NCBI GenBank assembly: GCA_000004985.1
Contig: GG738848.1
Source of the DNA: Naegleria gruberi
Lineage: Eukaryota
Length of the DNA stretch: 64,000 nucleotides
Direction: 5' to 3' (one strand)
Shown here: positions 60,359 to 64,000 of the stretch, one piece after another
Layout of the letters: every line of letters begins with the position of its first letter
Position numbering within the stretch: the stretch's first letter is position 1
The notes under the pieces: generated by a model
Told to the model about the DNA's origin: nothing
What the model saw: the letters and a program-made list of their open reading frames with translations, nothing else
Databases searched by the model: none
Position numbers and translations under genes: made by a program

Positions 60359-62672
60359 ATGACGAACATGGTTACACCCATGCATCACTCGATGGATCAA
60401 TTTGCGTTTGATGAAGATCCCTCGCTTAATGATTCGCAGCGGAAGAAGAGAAAGATATCGGCAAGAAAGGTGCTTAGTTTGCGGAATATTATCATTACAC
60501 TGATAGCTTTATTTATGGTGATTATTGCGTTTGTAGTGTGGATTATAGGATTCACAGCTAGTAATTCATCAACTCGTTTGTTGAGTGAGAGGCTGAAGGA
60601 GAGTTCTTCCGAGAGAGTAGTAGTAATGATTGAGAGTATGTTCTATCAGGCGCAGGATTTGGCTCTCACATTCAAGAATTTCTATGATCAACAATCCGAT
60701 TACATGTCCAACTTTTTTGTAAATAGGACAATATATGAAAGAGCAGTCAAATCCATGTTGTTTTCCTCACTCATAACTAGGCAATCTGCAATGAATTCTG
60801 TTAATTTTGTTTTTAACACTGGTCATATTGTTGGATGGGAGTGCTATAACTTGGGTTGCAATTATATAATTTCGAGAGAGAGCGATTTAACCATGATGGC
60901 TTACAATTACGATTTTAAGGCAGGTAAGCTCAAAGATACTACAGTATATCAAGTACCTGGATTCAATGCTGCCACTATTATTCCAACATACAAGGTGGTT
61001 ACAGATCCAATTTACAAAAATAGTACGGTGAGAGGAACTGGAATGTTTTTCCCAATTAGTAGACATGTTGTTTTCGTGGATACCTACGTTACATCGATTG
61101 CACTTCCGTACTATGATACGGATGAAAAGTTGGTAGGTGCTGCCAACGTTGTATTTTATACTGACACACTGAATAGTAAGGTCAGAGAAGCTAATCCTTC
61201 ACAAGAGGGTTACATTATAGTTATCGAGGATAGTGGTGTGATTGTTGCTCACTCATTTGCTAATCAGACAGCCATTATGGAAAAACCATGTTATTTAGAA
61301 GGAAATGCAGCAGTGAAATCATTATGTTCCTATTTTTTTCCACCAAATGTAACTACCATTAGTTCTAGATTCCCTAGTAGTACTCAAAAATTTTCTTTGG
61401 ATGGTTTGTCAATTCAAAGAACTGAAACATCGTTCCCTGGTGTAAAGTGGCATATTTTCATTGCCATTCCAGATAAGGAAATATTAGGTGATATTGTAGT
61501 GCAGTCGTATAATACCATTTGGATCTCTGCACTTGTATTGGTACTTGCAATTATAGTCTCTGTTCTGACAACCTTCTCACTGATGAGAACTCTTTCACAA
61601 TTGGCCAGGTGTTTCGATGCTATTCGTAACTTGGATTTGGATGCATCCACCATTGTTAAAGCCACTTCAGGAAGAACCTATGTTTATGAATTGGGAGAAT
61701 TACAAAACAATTTCAAGAGTATGATTGTTACCCTTAAATCTATTAGAAAGTTTGTTCCAGTCCAAATCATTAAAAAGATTCTCATCACTGGCAAGGAAGC
61801 ATCACTGGGTATTCAAGATGCTGATGCAACTATCTTTTTCCTTGATATTGCTGGATTTACCACTCTTTCAGAAAAGATGGAACCAAAGGCTTTGGTAGAT
61901 ATGATTTGTTCTGTATTTGAAACTTGTTCTCAGGCAATTTCAAGACGTGATGGTGTTATTGACAAGTTTATTGGTGATGCAGGTATGTACATATTAATTC
62001 ATGTATTTATTTATAATTATATTAGTTATGGCATTGTGGAATGTTCCAACTAAAACTCCAGATCACGAATATCATGCCATTCAAGCAGCCATTGAAATTC
62101 AAACAGAAATGGAAAAGAAGAATATACCAATTCGTATAGGAATCCATAGTGGTCGTGTAAAAGCTGGTAATATTGGAAGTGTTGATAGATTTAGCTTTAG
62201 TGTCGTTGGAGATGGGGCCAATTTAGCCAGTAGATTAGAAGGTGCCAACAAGGCTTACTCTTCAAAGATTATTTGTAGTAGTAGTACAATGGAGGTTGCT
62301 CTCATTAGTGAGGAACGATTAGTTCTTCATGATCCAAATATAAATCGACTCATGTATAGAAGATTAGATAAATTGAAAGTGAAAGGTAAAGAACAACCAG
62401 TATTGACCTACCAAGTCTTTCTCTCAAGCCATCCAAAACATACCAATGATTTAGACGCAAGAGATGTTAAACTCTACGAAAAGGCTTTTGATTTGTTGAT
62501 GAAAAATCAATATAAGGAAGCTCTTGCAATATTTTATACTCTCATAGATAAGGCTCCTAAAGATGTTGTTTTGGAAAAGAAGATTGAGTTGTGCAAATCT
62601 TTAGTTGAGAATGGTGGTTTTTATGATGATGGAAAGAAGTTTGATGGCTCTATTGAATTTACTGAGAAGTAA
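60359..62672 (+). CDS. Receptor-type class III adenylate/guanylate cyclase with extracellular Cache-like sensor domain, 2 exons (60359..61982, 62026..62672)
   Basis: TM1 (IITLIALFMVIIAFVVWIIGF), about 330-aa extracellular domain with a Cache-like signature (...ALPYYDTDEKLVGAANVVFYTD...GYIIVIEDSGVIVAHS), TM2, then cyclase DATIFFLDIAGFTTLSEKMEP...KFIGDA|(43-nt GTATGT...TTAG intron)|VMALWNVP...IGIHSGRVKAGNIGSVDRFSFSVVGDGANLASRLEG. Splicing restores the GDAVMA motif. Confidence 0.8.
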
Positions 62673-62941
62673 AAGTTGTCAGATGCAGTTCGATTCCGCA
62701 AGTTGAAATTATAAAAACCATCAATAGGGATTGTTCAATATCATGGAGAGAGTTTTTATATCTTTAATAAAAGTTTTTCTCTTGTTTCACACAACTAAGA
62801 TTTTCCTTGAACCCAAATAAGTACATTAACAACAATTATCCAATCAATTTCAATCAAAATGATTATCAAAATACCCACCTCAAATAGCTAATTCACGCAT
62901 TTCCCAACAAATTCAAACATTGAAAAAATATAAACACAAAG

Positions 62942-63493
62942 ATGACATCATTCTCAACAGAATCCATCTTAATGAGTGGAATGTCAACAAATGGCACCAA
63001 GATGCATCCAATGCACATGTATTTCTCAATGGAATCATTTCAACCTTACTACAAATACATTCTTTTCCAAAATTGGAATGCTGATACCGATTGGAAGTAT
63101 GCTTTATCATTTTTAGGAGTGTTTTTATTGGCATTCTTCAATCAGTCGATATATTTCTCACTTCACTTTCAAGTTGATGAGAAGAGGAGAAGAATTCTTC
63201 ACTATCTAGTTTCATATATTGTAAAACCGATTGGTTTCTTTGTGGAAATGAGCATTGGATATTTACTCATGTTGGTTTCAATGACGTATAACTTTGGATT
63301 GTTCATGGCAATAATTGTTGGTAACTTTATTGGATATATCATCTTCCAAATGTTGATTTCTGAATATTTGGAACGTAAACAAGCAAGAACCAGTGAAGAA
63401 GAAGTGGAAAGGCAATCGCTTACCAACCTTAAGGTCGGAGAAGAATCGGAACCAAAGAAGCCTTGTTGTAAGAAACAAAACGTAATAAATTAG
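62942..63493 (+). CDS. Ctr-family copper transporter
   Basis: 183-aa ORF. N-terminal Met motifs (MHPMHM), three TMs with MxxxM (MLVSM) in TM2 and GxxxG (GNFIG) in TM3. Confidence 0.7.
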   Translation: MTSFSTESILMSGMSTNGTKMHPMHMYFSMESFQPYYKYILFQNWNADTDWKYALSFLGVFLLAFFNQSIYFSLHFQVDEKRRRILHYLVSYIVKPIGFFVEMSIGYLLMLVSMTYNFGLFMAIIVGNFIGYIIFQMLISEYLERKQARTSEEEVERQSLTNLKVGEESEPKKPCCKKQNVIN

Positions 63494-63582
63494 TTAGAAA
63501 CGGTATGATGAGAATGATGTCTGAAATCTGGATTCATTACAACAAATCCTATTCCTTTAGTATCAGAATCTCAATGAAAATT

Positions 63583-64000
63583 TTATTTCTTGATTTCTTT
63601 TACTTCTTTATCTACCAATTTGATAGCTAGTTTAGCTCTTGCATGTATGATATCATCAAAAGTAAATCCACTTATCTTTTGACACTTTTCCAAAAGACTC
63701 TTTGTTTCATGTAAATATTTCAGTTTTTCCTCCTGTGAATTTTCAACTCCAGCAACAACCTTATTAAAATAGGTGAACTCTGCCAATTCATAATATGAAA
63801 ATGCTGACCAAATCTTTTCAATTTTGATCTTTTCAAATGAAGTGGTTTTGTGAAATTCTTGTAAACTTTCCTCAGCCTTGTTCAAAACTTGTAAAAAGTG
63901 TGCGTTAACGAAATGAATTCCAGAGCAAATATCTGGATAAACCTTTGATTTCTCATCCACAACCTTTACATCCAACACAAATTGTTTGAAAAATTCATAC
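63583..64000 (-). CDS. Hypothetical protein, 5' end may extend beyond the window
   Basis: ORF of 131 or more aa on the minus strand reaching the window edge. Helical/charged. No motifs recognised. Confidence 0.35.
   Translation of the reverse strand, partial: YEFFKQFVLDVKVVDEKSKVYPDICSGIHFVNAHFLQVLNKAEESLQEFHKTTSFEKIKIEKIWSAFSYYELAEFTYFNKVVAGVENSQEEKLKYLHETKSLLEKCQKISGFTFDDIIHARAKLAIKLVDKEVKEIKK

Noticed and set aside
1-64000. Prokaryotic defence island, CRISPR array or operon structure
   Set aside because: There are no direct-repeat/spacer arrays and no Shine-Dalgarno-led polycistrons. Instead the window has spliceosomal introns, AATAAA signals, eukaryotic tRNAs and typically eukaryotic families (Galpha, F-box, WH2-C-A, TRIM-like), so it is nuclear eukaryotic DNA.

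Overview
This 64-kb window is eukaryotic nuclear DNA at about 33-35% GC. Genes are compact, roughly one per 2 kb, and several carry short spliceosomal introns (50-200 nt, GTAAGT or GTATGT donors, TACTAAC-like branch points, YAG acceptors). It is not a prokaryotic or defence-island locus. The gene content points to a free-living amoeboid protist and, by inference only, resembles heterolobosean amoebae such as Naegleria: PAS- and Cache-coupled class III nucleotidyl cyclases, F-box/LRR arrays, a Galpha gene, a 7TM receptor, an ABCC pump and an actin-nucleation factor with a WH2/central/acidic tail. There are about 35 protein-coding genes. The recognisable ones include:
- a heterotrimeric G-protein alpha subunit (3 exons)
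- a 7TM receptor-like protein
- two paralogous F-box/LRR genes built from 72-bp tandem repeats
- a full ABCC (MRP) transporter
- a giant PAS-adenylate/guanylate cyclase and a receptor-type Cache-cyclase with one intron
- an IIGP/IRG-like GTPase
- a divergent pair of lipase class 3 paralogs
- an Arp2/3 nucleation-promoting-factor-like protein (coiled coil, poly-Pro, WH2-C-A)
- a B-box/coiled-coil/NHL protein
- tandem MRH-like membrane glycoprotein paralogs separated by an N-run assembly gap
- a secreted NMT1/SsuA-like solute-binding protein (3 exons), and TPR, F-box/WD40, metallo-beta-lactamase-fold, Ctr copper-transporter, FAD-monooxygenase-like and ankyrin genes.
Two tRNA genes (Ile-AAT and Ser-GCT) sit in a long intergenic region. 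Structural features beyond the gene list:
- a 5'-truncated, frameshifted non-LTR retrotransposon remnant with a perfect 22-bp target-site duplication inside the Galpha 3' UTR
- a recurring AAACGTGAT(T) promoter motif present as evenly spaced triplets in two divergent promoters
- a conserved ~45-nt element flanking one F-box/LRR gene
- a stop codon in the second F-box/LRR gene created by a single-nucleotide insertion in a repeat unit
- evidence that the 60-N scaffold gap is spurious.
No CRISPR, rRNA or prokaryotic-type operon is present.
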